Positions 40,206 through 54,436 are shown, counted from the first letter of the stretch. The stretch: DNA of 64,000 bases from Lingula anatina (GCA_051362555.1 CM120649.1:10664001-10728000); one strand, 5' to 3'. Notes: generated by a model from the sequence alone, not told the origin. Numbers and translations are program-made.

Positions 40206-42361
40206 TTACAGGGTGTAAAAGGTAGCAGTCGCTCAGTCGCCAGGAGCGGGTTAATGGCGACTTGGGCGACCTGGGCGCTTTTAGCTGACATAGCCAGAGA
40301 ACAAGCATGAAATAAACCTTTCAGCACACGGAACGTTTAGTAATCTTTTACTAAATCTAGATGTAAATAAGTTTACAAACTGAAGGTACAGGTTTTTGTA
40401 TATATTTCAATATATAAAACAATTCAGCAAACTAAAACGACATAGTTAAATTCTACGACGATGCTGCGTCTTCACACAAAATTCTTGTCGGTAAAACGAT
40501 GCGCTTGGGATTGATTCTTTTGCCTATCATCAAAGTAGGGCCTCCGAATTCCCTTTGGGACCCGGTATTGTGGCAGTTTTATTATGTTTGGAGCTCATAC
40601 ATTATAATTACTTTTTAAAGTCTATTAATTAATTATTGTCCATGATATTAATGGCGCGGTGAGCAGTGCATTGTGTGTAAAATTGATTGTGGTAGCAGCG
40701 TCGCACTCCTACCACAATGGCCGCAATCTATGGTAATAAACTGCCTTTTTACTGGGTCGCTAGTAGATGATAATATAGTGATACGTTTTTTAAAAAAATA
40801 AATATAGCCTATCAAAAAGAACCGTATCAATGCTAACAAATAGAGGGACAGCTTACAGAACGCGCACATCTTGAAATTAAAATGGTGATCATTTTCCCTA
40901 AAAGAATGCACTGCGCTGACAGACACTCTTCTAGTCCCGGTGACCTTAACAAGTCGGAGAATTACAAAACATGAGCCTTTCCTTGCTCAAAAAAATTTTC
41001 AAAATTGTTGTGAATGTTGAACCGGTCACCCTATTGTATGTATATAGGTAATCAGGATGTACCTGCTCAAATGCACAAGTACCGCATCGATACGTTTTGA
41101 ATAATGACATAATCTTTACAAACATTCAGTATTTACTAAAGCACTTACGCTTCAAGAGCTCAATACACACGACTGCATGCTGACCATATAACCTTATCTA
41201 ACAGGGGCCGCTAGTAAAGCCTGTTATAAATTATAAGAAGAGACAATTTAGTAACAGACCAGTAGCTGTCCTCAGTATGCCGAGCGTTGGAGAGTAACAG
41301 TGCACAAAAGGTAAATGTTCCCGTGCATTTGAAATTTGAACGACTGAGATATTTCACTCCATGGAAAATGTGAGAAAAAGTGCAAGAGTAAGCTGGCATT
41401 TTAATAGTGGTTCAAGTCAACAGAAGCATGCTGGCTGACTCGGTAATAACTATGGCATCAATCTTTAGGTTCTGTCATACCAGCATAGAGAAGACCGTAT
41501 GAATATTGTATGTGCCATCGATTATACGCACAATTATTAGCTTATGAAATCACCCTGTCTAGAGTATTAAAACGAACTCATTCAGCAGCGTATGCAATTG
41601 TTTTTAAAATGCTCAAAACATTTCACATCCCCTCGGGTATGCGAACGTGCACCAACGCTTGCCTGCGTACTCAATACGTTTTAGACGTGAGTCTAACACC
41701 CCCCTTGTGATTGTGTACGTACAGTGTATGGGGAATTTTCTCATACATGTAAGTTAATGCTATACTTAAAAGGTGTGGCGGTGTTTTTAGCAATTCCTTT
41801 TGTTTGATATCAGCCACACGCCATGTTACGTGTCAAAAAAGGGGGCTAGTTTATATAGAGAGAACACAAACACTTCGCCGCGTCTGTCCACCATTCAATT
41901 TTTTATGGCCCCATTAAAAGGTCATTTAATAGCTTTATGATTCTTTAACCTAATCCAATGCCTGATTCCAAGTCCCACCCGTACCGGCACTGAACTGAGG
42001 TCTGGGACTACAGTTACCAAGTGCATCAACTCGTTTTTACTCTAGGGGAGGGAGGGAGGGGGAAGAAGGAGGGAAAGAGAGGAGAGGCTTCCAGTTTTCA
42101 TCCAAATGTGGTGACTAGAGCTGCAAATGGGTGACAAAACCGAAAGTGAAGTTTATCTACTCCTCCGGATCAGGTGTTTATTTGTTTATTTATGAATTTT
42201 TGCTCCTAAAAAATCATACAATCATGTTATTCACGTACATACTCATAATTGTCCGAGAAAAGTTCCCGTGAAGTCTTGGTCGAAGGCATTAAGTATGGTT
42301 TATTACGTTTTATGATATACAGAACAGAACATGTTGTAAGGATGTAGCCACATCAACCTAT

Positions 42362-42806
42362 CACCCCATTTCCATAGATTTTTAAATCGATCTATCCCTG
42401 TGGGGAGTCTCACTAGATTACTGTCAGCTTGGCCGGCTTAAGCGTCTGTCCCGCCTACTAAAAGCTGTAAGGGGGGTAATTAACTATGGTGCCTGCTCGG
42501 CTGACTGCAATTTAGCGTGAACCCCCAGGGAGTTAGGTCGATCTAAAACTTAATCTTTAGATCGATCTAAGACCCCATTTCCAGAGATTAGATCGATCTA
42601 CTTTAGATCGACCTAACTCCCTGGGGGTTCACGCTAAATAGCCGTCAGCCGGGCGGACACGAAAGCTAATTGACCCCTTACAGCTTGTAGTAGGCGGGAC
42701 GGACATTTACGCCGGATTATCTGACAGTAATCTAGTGAGACTCCCCGCGGGGATAGATCGATCTAAAAGCTCTGGGAATACAGCCTAAATCTCTGGGAAA
42801 ACACCC
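42362..42806. mobile_element. MITE M5 with an inverted M5 copy (42571-42785) nested in its right TIR
   Basis: Inner copy flanked by TAA/TAA; outer TIR resumes ATCTCTGGGAA after it. Confidence 0.82.
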
Positions 42807-44434
42807 TATGGTAGATAATAGCCAGCAATTAACACCTCTAACTAAAATAATAACTAATGCCTCATCAAAATTAAAGATCTTTTAAAAGTATAGAGTGGCC
42901 GCTGTAATATTTGTGTTTTTATTCCAGTTCAAATGAAAGTCCATTAAATGTATGAAAGTGAAAAATTCTACATGTATATGCGTTCCTCGCTTGGTATGCC
43001 AAAGTGAACCGTGGCGTGACACGAAGGTTCCATGCACAGGCCGCCCTACCCCAACCGTTCCCCGGGGCCCGTTAATTTGATAATGCATTGAGGAAATTTT
43101 TTCTTCATCAAGATACGTATGTATGATATGTATGTTCCCCTTGTTGCTTTACGGAATTTGCTGGTGATATAAAGACAAAAGTAATATTGTTTAACGGAAG
43201 AAAATGCAGCTCGAGGCACGGTCATGCACCGACACCGAGCCATAAAGACTTTAATGTGATTTCATTCTAAGACCGTGACAACACTTTGTGGTAAGGGAAG
43301 GTTTTTACAGTTAACTTAGAGATTAAGCTGCCTATGAATTTCAATTTGGTGAAAGGCTGGTGTTGATAAACCTTATCATTCTATTTGAATAACACAATTA
43401 ACTTGGAACAACGTGGCCCACGATAATATTTTTACAGCTGATAGTAGGACAATTTGCACCAGCAGATAAAGGATTTTGCTAAGATGGGCGGTACATGTAC
43501 ACAAGGATAAAAAAGAATACTTCGCTTTGATAGGTACGTAAATATGAAGGTATGACAATTTCAAAAAGTACATGTATAATTTATACCCGGTAGGGCACAC
43601 GGGTGAACGAATTACTTCTTTTTTAATACTTATTCAGGCCAGCAATTTCAAAAGTTAGGGGTTCTTTTTTTTTTGAAAAGTGGACCTTTTATCATGAAAC
43701 GTTCGTGTATACCTACATGCAGATAACATTTACTTAGAGCAGATCTTTCCCAGGTGTGACAGGAATGAAAGTCCTAGGTATGGAAGTCCGGGGTCCCATA
43801 TGATTACTACAGGTTAGGGTTATAGTCGAAGTACCGTGGTTAGTACCGGTATATGGGGTGTATATGTTATGTATAAAGTAATGGGGAACGGACTACGGTT
43901 GCTAGCTATAGAGGACTACCATTCTTGACACACCTGATCAATAAACGACGTGCTGCCATTTGTCGTGACCCAATAATTGCAGCACTTTTGGGATGTTTTC
44001 ATTAATTTACGACTACGTTGCTACCAGTATGTTGCTAGCGTGAGCGACATCGTTCTCTCCGTGACATCCAAGCTAATTCCATGCACTGACATTATGGGGA
44101 GTTAAATGAAGAAGTGATTTTTTTCTTTTCTCTGGGATAAAAAACCTGATAAAATTAAAAGAAATATCATTATAAGGGATTATAAAGCTGGGATTTTGCG
44201 TACAACTGAAGGGGAAAGTTTCAGTTCACTACAAGGTTGTCTGTTGACAGCATACCAATAGAGCCACCTTTAGATTAAATAGCAAATGTTGAGTTAATTG
44301 ACCGGGTTAATCGACCAACCTTTAAGACAAACAATTAAATTTAAGAGAGCTGTAGGTCAAGCCTAATTGAACGACTGGTCGATAAATAACCACGAGTTGT
44401 TCACTAAAGGGTCTGTAATCTTCCATAAGAATAT

Positions 44435-44985
44435 CAGGCCTACCCAACTTCCAGACTCGGCACCTAAGGATCCTGAATTAACCGGTATATCGGACCACAC
44501 TACCCGTTTTCAAGGTGTGTGTCAGATCGCATTTCGGAGTATCAGCCAGAACACCAACATGATGAGCCCTGGCATGCTCGGCTGTCACTTTGATTGGATA
44601 GTAAACGATTGTCGTAAAATCACTATATGATTTTAAAACCGGGCGCATAAATTTGAAAGCCACCTAGATGAACCTAAGACTGCCACATTAATCTAATACA
44701 ATGCAAAAAAGCCCTATCAAAAGTGGTTAAAACATTCAAACCGAATGTCGTAAAGTCCCCATATACCCCCATAGAGACAATAAAATAGAGTACTCTAAAG
44801 TAAGAGTACAGTTTCAGGTTGTTCAGCCGAGCGTGCATGAGCCCGCAGTCGTGCTACAAAATTTATTCTGGGGTATGATACTCCGAAATGCGATCTGACA
44901 CACACCTTGAAAACGGGTAGCGTGATCCGATATACCGGTTAATTCAGGATCCTTAGGTGCCGAGTCTGGTAGTTGGGTAGGCCTG
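44435..44985. mobile_element. MITE family M4, copy 2
   Basis: Same long TIR as 29770-30301; AATAT target duplication. Confidence 0.88.
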
Positions 44986-45301
44986 AATATGAAGTGGGAT
45001 CAATTTTACTACCTTAAAATCGAAGTTCAATGCATGTTTACCTGTGTACTGATATCGAAGTAGCTGCCTTCTTTTATCGTATTCACATGTTTGCTTTAGC
45101 GATGTAATGGGAATGTGTGGGACGATAATGACCACTCGAAATAAAAACCGTGCGTGATAAGCTTGATCGCGCGATCAGGTCGATCCAATTAAGAGTCTAC
45201 TGGGATCAGTCTTGAACATATCAACCGAATCTTTATAGTGTGGATGTAAACGGGGGATATACTGGGTACACGTACAACATACATACATGTAGCGTGCTTT
45301 C

Positions 45302-45341
<40 letters not shown>

Positions 45342-45437
45342 ATTTTGTATCATGTTCTAGCTCAATAATACATGTACATGTACATACTGCCTATGAACGG
45401 TGATATCAGTGTATTGAATAGAATAGAATAGAATAGA

Positions 45438-45594
45438 CAGGCCCGTAGCCAGGGGGGTTCGAAAGAACCACCCTTTTTGCTGGAAAAAGGTCCACTCTGG
45501 GTGAAATTTGATCTATATACTTGAGGATTTTATGGTAAAAGGTCCACTTTTTCAGAAAACGAACCCCCCTCTGAGATTGCTGGCTACGGGCCTG
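45438..45594. mobile_element. MITE family M2, copy 2
   Basis: CAGGCCCGTAGCCAG...CTGGCTACGGGCCTG; ATAGA duplication. Confidence 0.82.
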
Positions 45595-46467
45595 ATAGAA
45601 TTGAACAGAATAATTCTATTCAAAATTAGGGGTTTAGGTGGGAAACATGCAATTTCCCTTTGTATGCATGACAAATAATAAACTGCCACCAACTAGCCCG
45701 ACATACGATACAGTATATAATGCCTTTCTATCGCCCAGCATGCTGTCGCGTATATGGGGCTCCTGGGCAGTGCATTATTTAATACGTAATTCATTATTTT
45801 TTCGAACATTCGCTGACACAACACAAGTTAACTTGACGCTGTGCAAATGTTACCCCGACCAAGTCAGTAGACGACAAAACATAGAGTTCCAGATACCACT
45901 TTGGATATTTTAGCTGTTTGGGGGTGGTCGGCTCATGCCTTAGTTAAACTACCTCAGATCAAAATAACACGATCCAAGGCTGGGCCCCTGGGGACGTGTA
46001 TTTAGAGAATAGAGATTGTTGGTGGGACGCTCGGGGTTGAGATTTAATGCTCTAATTCCCTTTGTTTTCCTTTGTTACGTTTGTGTGAGGGAGTGATTTG
46101 ATATATCAGATTAAAGTTATATCTGATGGAGTGTGTGTGCGTAGCTGTGTACAGCGTACTGCATGAGGCATCTCACCTCAGCGTGGTGTAGAAAAAGGCG
46201 TCTCACCTCTGTTTGAAAGTGACCAGAGAAAGGTTGTACGAGTCGTACAGCCTGGAGGGGGGAGGGGTGGACTGGTTGCAGAAAGCGCTTTTCGGTCAAC
46301 AAGTGACCTTCATCAGCTGCAGAGTCCGAAAGAAAAAAAAAGAAAAAAGGGGTTGGGTGTGCGTGAGGGGGTGGTCAATGCTGTATAGCAGCAGGTGGTT
46401 TTCCCCGGGTGGAGAGAATCCGGTTCTCATCAAAGGTGTCTCGCCTTTGTGAGTGTGTGTCTGCTTA

Positions 46468-46697
46468 TACCCCCTCTACACTGGACGGCGTCCTTTCTGC
46501 GTCCTTTCTGCGACCATGAAATTTGGCATCGCTGTGGTCTTAATAAGGAGGCACGAGCATTGATTTGGTATCAGAATGAATGCTCAATGATCGGCCAGTT
46601 GTCGGCACAGTTGTCGGCAAGTATTATAATTCTTTAACTCTCAAATGGGGCCGAACTGCTGGACGCAGAAGGGACGCCGTCCAGTGTAAAGGGGGCT
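46468..46697. mobile_element. MITE family M1, copy inverted relative to 13784-14006
   Basis: Same TIR and interior; TTA duplication. Confidence 0.88.
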
Positions 46698-46817
46698 TTA
46701 CGCAGATTGTAAGTGTCCTTATGTGCGAGGACGTCTCGTCCTTACAAAGGTGTCTCGCCTTTGTGTGTGTGTATCTGCTTGGCAGATCACAGTGAGAGAG
46801 TACGTTCACAAGTGTCT

Positions 46818-49800
46818 CGCATTCTCAACGAATAAAGCCAGGCTTTACAAAGCCGGTGACCTCTGTCGCCTCAAATGGCTTGTTTAATATCGCCCCCGGC
46901 ATGTCTTATGCTTCCATCACGTGTTCTTATCGCTGTCAACAACGCTTCCGTTACTATTTTGACCCCTGCAGTGCACAATTCCGGTCATACGCACATCGCA
47001 CCTTTCGAATAATGCAAGTCGTATATAGTGAAACCACGAAAGTATCTCGCTTAAGTGGTGGTGTTGCGTACTGATAGCGGCACAGTAAGGTGGTAAGGAC
47101 AGTCACCTGCGTGTCACTATTGTGAACTGCTGACAGCTTCACGTACAGTATATGTAGGCCGAGATGCAGACTTGATCGGATAACTCTTGGCTATAACCGA
47201 AATATATTGCCGAGAAACAGAGGTAAAGTACCATGCGACCTGAGTGATCCAACGAGTCTCTCATATGGCATGGTAGGTTGATGCTTTATATCACAGGATA
47301 GATTACTGCTTTTTTTAAAAAAACAAGTGCCGGAATCATTTATTGATTTGAACACGGACAAAGACTGATTATTGGTTCGTCTAGTGTGCGGCCATGTTGA
47401 ATTTTATGACTTGGCGCTATAAACGGGGGAGGGGGGGGGGGGGTAAAAACGGTGTGTATAGGATCGTCTTTCAGGTACGTGTTCTTAAAATGGATGTAAC
47501 GAGGTGACAGAGTAAAACTGTCTATAATAGTTCATCTGCACTTGTTTATGATCAGTGTTCAATATACTGTGACGCGAGCCCTCTCCTCGGGAGTCCCGTG
47601 GGCACGTTAATTTAATCGCGGGTCCGGAGAGAAGTTGATTTTCCCCAGGGAAAGTATATCCCAAGCACGAACAACAAGAGTGGATTTCAAATAAAGACAA
47701 ACAGCTTTAATAAACGCAGAAATCGATTATAAAATTTCAATAGCACGTAAGCAAAGTCAAAGACATTTGAGTATCTCGTACACATTTAAAGTCATTCACG
47801 TTACTCAGTTCAAAAGTACATGTTACGTTCGCACAGAGTTCACAGTTTCTCTTGGAGTCCAAAACATAAAATAACGTCGAACTAAATCTCAACTAAAAAT
47901 CTTAATAATGACGGAAACGCTACTGAATGGGTCCAGTCTTCTGTCGCGGCACAATGCTTCGTTTCACGTGAACAGTCCTGGAGAATGGGCTATGTATCCC
48001 CTGTAGACTCAGGCATCCCCACCTGCAGCTGCTTCACTTTACACGAAAGGCCCCCGTTTCACAAAGAATCTTAAATCCGTAGTCGACTAGCTCGGGCTGG
48101 GTGACCTAGCTAGGTCGACTACGCTGAGTGTTTCACAAAGAGCGCATTCTCAACGAATAAAGCCAGGCTTTACAAAGCCGGTGACCTCTGTCGCCTCAAA
48201 TGGCTTGTTTAATATCGCCCCCGGCATGTCTTATGCTTCCATCACGTGTTCTTATCGCTGTCAACAACGCTTCCGTTACTATTTTGACCCCTGCAGTGCA
48301 CAATTCCGGTCATACGCACATCGCACCTTTCGAATAATGCAAGTCGTATATAGTGAAACCACGAAAGTATCTCGCTTAAGTGGTGGTGTTGCGTACTGAT
48401 AGCGGCACAGTAAGGTGGTAAGGACAGTCACCTGCGTGTCACTATTGTGAACTGCTGACAGCTTCACGTACAGTATATGTAGGCCGAGATGCAGACTTGA
48501 TTGATTAAACGAGCGACTTGCGAAAGGTAAATATGTGATTTTTCTTCTACCGACTTAATCTACATGTATTTGTCAACTGCCTCAAAAACATGTTGGTGAA
48601 TTTTGGGATCATGTAACCATAGGATAACTCTTGGCTATAACCGAAATATATTGCCGAGAAACAGAGGTAAAGTACCATGCGACCTGAGTGATCCAACGAG
48701 TCTCTCATATGGCATGGTAGGTTGATGCTTTATATCACAGGATAGATTACTGCTTTTTTTAAAAAACAAGTGCCGGAATCATGTATTGATTTGAACACGG
48801 ACAAAGACTGATTATTGGTTCGTCTAGTGTGCGGCCATGTTGAATTTTATGACTTGGCGCTATAAACGGGGGAGGGAGGGGGGGGGGGTAAAAACGGTGT
48901 GTATAGGATCGTCTTTCAGGTACGTGTTCTTAAAATGGATGTAACGAGGTGACAGAGTAAAACTGTCTATAATAGTTCATCTGCACTTGTTTATGATCAG
49001 TGTTCAATATACTGTGACGCGAGCCCCTTCCTCGGGAGTCCCGTGGGCACGTAAATTTAATCGCGGGTCCGGAGAGAAGTTGATTTTCCCCAGGGAAAGT
49101 ATATCCCAAGCACGAACAACAAGAGTGGATTTCAAATAAAGACAAACAGCTTTAATAAACGCAGAAATCGATTATAAAATTTCAATAGCACGTAAGCAAA
49201 GTGAAAGACATTTGAGTATCTCGTACGCATTTAAAGTCATTCACGTTACTCAGTTCAAAAGTACATGTTACGTTCGCACAGAGTTCACAGTTTCTCTTGG
49301 AGTCCAAAACATAAAATAACGTCGAACTAAATCTCAACTAAAAATCTTAATAATGACGGAAACGCTACTGAATGGGTCCAGTCTTCTGTCGCGGCACAAT
49401 GCTTCGTTTCACATGAACAGTCCTGGAGAATGGGCTATGTATCCCCTGTAGACTCAGGCATCCCCACCTGCAGCTGCTTCACTTTACACGAAAGGCCCCC
49501 GTTTCACAAAGAATCTTAAATCCGTAGTCGACTAGCTCGGGCTGGGTGACCTAGCTAGGTCGACTACGCTGAGTGTTTCACAAAGAGCGCATTCTCAACG
49601 AATAAAGCCAGGCTTTACAAAGCCGGTGACCTCTGTCGCCTCAAATGGCTTGTTTAATATCGCCCCCGGCATGTAATAGTTCATCTGCACTTGTTTATGA
49701 TCAGTGTTCAATATAGCCCTCTCCTCGGGAGTCCCGTGGGCACGTTTATTTAATCGCGGGTCCGGAGAGAAGTTGATTTTCCCCAGGGAAAGTATATCCC

Positions 49801-52800
49801 AAGCACGAACAACAAGAGTGGATTTCAAATAAAGACAAACAGCTTTAATAAACGCAGAAATCGATTATAAAATTTCAATAGCACGTAAGCAAAGTTAAAG
49901 ACATTTGAGTATCTCGTACGCATTTAAAGTCATTCACGTTACTCAGTTCAAAAGTACATGTTACGTTCGCACAGAGTTCACAGTTTCTCTTGGAGTCCAA
50001 AACATAAAATAACGTCGAACTAAATCTCAACTAAAAATCTTAATAATGACGGAAACGCTACTGAATGGGTCCAGTCTTCTGTCGCGGCACAATGCTTCGT
50101 TTCACATGAACAGTCCTGGAGAATGGGCTATGTATCCCCTGTAGACTCAGGCATCCCCACCTGCAGCTGCTTCACTTTACACGAAAGGCCCCCGTTTCAC
50201 AAAGAATCTTAAATCCGTAGTCGACTAGCTCGGGCTGGGTGACCTAGCTAGGTCGACTACGCTGAGTGTTTTACAAAGAACGCATTCTCAACGAATAAAG
50301 CCAGGCTTTACAAAGCCGGTGACCTCTGTCGCCTCAAATGGCTTGTTTAATATCGCCCCCGGCATGTCTTATGCTTCCATCACGTGTTCTTATCGCTGTC
50401 AACAACGCTTCCGTTACTATTTTGACCCCTGCAGTGCACAATTCCGGTCATACGCACATCGCACCTTTCGAATAATGCAAGTCGTATATAGTGAAACCAC
50501 GAAAGTATCTCGCTTAAGTGGTGGTGTTGCGTACTGATAGCGGCACAGTAAGGTGGTAAGGACAGTCACCTGCGTGTCACTATTGTGAACTGCTGACAGC
50601 TTCACGTACAGTATATGTAGGCCGAGATGCAGACTTGATTGATTAAACGAGCGACTTGCGAAAGGTAAATATGTGATTTTTCTTCTACCGACTTAATCTA
50701 CATGTATTTGTCAACTGCCTCAAAAACATGTTGGTGAATTTTGGGATCATGTAACCATAGGATAACTCTTGGCTATAACCGAAATATATTGCCGAGAAAC
50801 AGAGGTAAAGTACCATGCGACCTGAGTGATCCAACGAGTCTCTCATATGGCATGGTAGGTTGATGCTTTATATCACAGGATAGATTACTGCTTTTTTTAA
50901 AAAACAAGTGCCGGAATCATGTATTGATTTGAACACGGACAAAGACTGATTATTGGTTCGTCTAGTGTGCGGCCATGTTGAATTTTATGACTTGGCGCTA
51001 TAAACGGGGGAGGGAGGGGGGGGGGGTAAAAACGGTGTGTATAGGATCGTCTTTCAGGTACGTGTTCTTAAAATGGATGTAACGAGGTGACAGAGTAAAA
51101 CTGTCTATAATAGTTCATCTGCACTTGTTTATGATCAGTGTTCAATATACTGTGACGCGAGCCCCTTCCTCGGGAGTCCCGTGGGCACGTAAATTTAATC
51201 GCGGGTCCGGAGAGAAGTTGATTTTCCCCAGGGAAAGTATATCCCAAGCACGAACAACAAGAGTGGATTTCAAATAAAGACAAACAGCTTTAATAAACGC
51301 AGAAATCGATTATAAAATTTCAATAGCACGTAAGCAAAGTGAAAGACATTTGAGTATCTCGTACGCATTTAAAGTCATTCACGTTACTCAGTTCAAAAGT
51401 ACATGTTACGTTCGCACAGAGTTCACAGTTTCTCTTGGAGTCCAAAACATAAAATAACGTCGAACTAAATCTCAACTAAAAATCTTAATAATAACGGAAA
51501 CGCTACTGAATGGGTCCAGTCTTCTGTCGCGGCACAATGCTTCGTTTCACATGAACAGTCCTGGAGAATGGGCTATGTATCCCCTGTAGACTCAGGCATC
51601 CCCACCTGCAGCTGCTTCACTTTACACGAAAGGCCCCCGTTTCACAAAGAATCTTAAATCCGTAGTCGACTAGCTCGGGCTGGGTGACCTAGCTAGGTCG
51701 ACTACGCTGAGTGTTTCACAAAGAGCGCATTCTCAACGAATAAAGCCAGGCTTTACAAAGCCGGTGACCTCTGTCGCCTCAAATGGCTTGTTTAATATCG
51801 CCCCCGGCATGTAATAGTTCATCTGCACTTGTTTATGATCAGTGTTCAATATAGCCCTCTCCTCGGGAGTCCCGTGGGCACGTTTATTTAATCGCGGGTC
51901 CGGAGAGAAGTTGATTTTCCCCAGGGAAAGTATATCCCAAGCACGAACAACAAGAGTGGATTTCAAATAAAGACAAACAGCTTTAATAAACGCAGAAATC
52001 GATTATAAAATTTCAATAGCACGTAAGCAAAGTTAAAGACATTTGAGTATCTCGTACGCATTTAAAGTCATTCACGTTACTCAGTTCAAAAGTACATGTT
52101 ACGTTCGCACAGAGTTCACAGTTTCTCTTGGAGTCCAAAACATAAAATAACGTCGAACTAAATCTCAACTAAAAATCTTAATAATGACGGAAACGCTACT
52201 GAATGGGTCCAGTCTTCTGTCGCGGCACAATGCTTCGTTTCACATGAACAGTCCTGGAGAATGGGCTATGTATCCCCTGTAGACTCAGGCATCCCCACCT
52301 GCAGCTGCTTCACTTTACACGAAAGGCCCCCGTTTCACAAAGAATCTTAAATCCGTAGTCGACTAGCTCGGGCTGGGTGACCTAGCTAGGTCGACTACGC
52401 TGAGTGTTTTACAAAGAACGCATTCTCAACGAATAAAGCCAGGCTTTACAAAGCCGGTGACCTCTGTCGCCTCAAATGGCTTGTTTAATATCGCCCCCGG
52501 CATGTCTTATGCTTCCATCACGTGTTCTTATCGCTGTCAACAACGCTTCCGTTACTATTTTGACCCCTGCAGTGCACAATTCCGGTCATACGCACATCGC
52601 ACCTTTCGAATAATGCAAGTCGTATATAGTGAAACCACGAAAGTATCTCGCTTAAGTGGTGGTGTTGCGTACTGATAGCGGCACAGTAAGGTGGTAAGGA
52701 CAGTCACCTGCGTGTCACTATTGTGAACTGCTGACAGCTTCACGTACAGTATATGTAGGCCGAGATGCAGACTTGATTGATTAAACGAGCGACTTGCGAA

Positions 52801-54436
52801 AGGTAAATATGTGATTTTTCTTCTACCGACTTAATCTACATGTATTTGTCAACTGCCTCAAAAACATGTTGGTGAATTTTGGGATCATGTAACCATAGGA
52901 TAACTCTTGGCTATAACCGAAATATATTGCCGAGAAACAGAGGTAAAGTACCATGCGACCTGAGTGATCCAACGAGTCTCTCATATGGCATGGTAGGTTG
53001 ATGCTTTATATCACAGGATAGATTACTGCTTTTTTTAAAAAACAAGTGCCGGAATCATGTATTGATTTGAACACGGACAAAGACTGATTATTGGTTCGTC
53101 TAGTGTGCGGCCATGTTGAATTTTATGACTTGGCGCTATAAACGGGGGAGGGAGGGGGGGGGGGGTAAAAACGGTGTGTATAGGATCGTCTTTCAGGTAC
53201 GTGTTCTTAAAATGGATGTAACGAGGTGACAGAGTAAAACTGTCTATAATAGTTCATCTGCACTTGTTTATGATCAGTGTTCAATATACTGTGACGCGAG
53301 CCCCTTCCTCGGGAGTCCCGTGGGCACGTAAATTTAATCGCGGGTCCGGAGAGAAGTTGATTTTCCCCAGGGAAAGTATATCCCAAGCACGAACAACAAG
53401 AGTGGATTTCAAATAAAGACAAACAGCTTTAATAAACGCAGAAATCGATTATAAAATTTCAATAGCACGTAAGCAAAGTGAAAGACATTTGAGTATCTCG
53501 TACGCATTTAAAGTCATTCACGTTACTCAGTTCAAAAGTACATGTTACGTTCGCACAGAGTTCACAGTTTCTCTTGGAGTCCAAAACATAAAATAACGTC
53601 GAACTAAATCTCAACTAAAAATCTTAATAATAACGGAAACGCTACTGAATGGGTCCAGTCTTCTGTCGCGGCACAATGCTTCGTTTCACATGAACAGTCC
53701 TGGAGAATGGGCTATGTATCCCCTGTAGACTCAGGCATCCCCACCTGCAGCTGCTTCACTTTACACGAAAGGCCCCCGTTTCACAAAGAATCTTAAATCC
53801 GTAGTCGACTAGCTCGGGCTGGGTGACCTAGCTAGGTCGACTACGCTGAGTGTTTCACAAAGAGCGCATTCTCAACGAATAAAGCCAGGCTTTACAAAGC
53901 CGGTGACCTCTGTCGCCTCAAATGGCTTGTTTAATATCGCCCCCGGCATGTAATAGTTCATCTGCACTTGTTTATGATCAGTGTTCAATATAGCCCTCTC
54001 CTCGGGAGTCCCGTGGGCACGTTTATTTAATCGCGGGTCCGGAGAGAAGTTGATTTTCCCCAGGGAAAGTATATCCCAAGCACGAACAACAAGAGTGGAT
54101 TTCAAATAAAGACAAACAGCTTTAATAAACGCAGAAATCGATTATAAAATTTCAATAGCACGTAAGCAAAGTGAAAGACATTTGAGTATCTCGTACGCAT
54201 TTAAAGTCATTCACGTTACTCAGTTCAAAAGTACATGTTACGTTCGCACAGAGTTCACAGTTTCTCTTGGAGTCCAAAACATAAAATAACGCCGAACTAA
54301 ATCTCAACTAAAAATCTTAATAATGACGGAAACGCTACTGAATGGGTCCAGTCTTCTGTCGCGGCACAATGCTTCGTTTCACATGAACAGTCCTTAATGC
54401 AAGTCGTATATATAGTGAAACCACGAAAGTATCTCG
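46818..54436. repeat. Higher-order tandem array: L'(1325 bp) + [L(1445 bp) + S(693 bp)] x3, last S truncated
   Basis: Unit starts (CGCATTCTCAACGAATAAAGCC) at 46818, 48143, 49588, 50281, 51726, 52419 and 53865; identical ORFs recur every 2138 bp. Confidence 0.95.

Noticed and set aside
46856-54105. Identical short ORFs repeated 3-4 times (72, 62, 71 and 77 aa)
   Set aside because: By-products of the tandem array; mostly non-ATG starts, overlapping on both strands, no domain signal.
46818-54436. CRISPR-like array or hammerhead retrozyme array
   Set aside because: Units are 0.7-1.4 kb near-identical copies without unique spacers; no CTGANGA...GAAA core was seen on either strand by eye.
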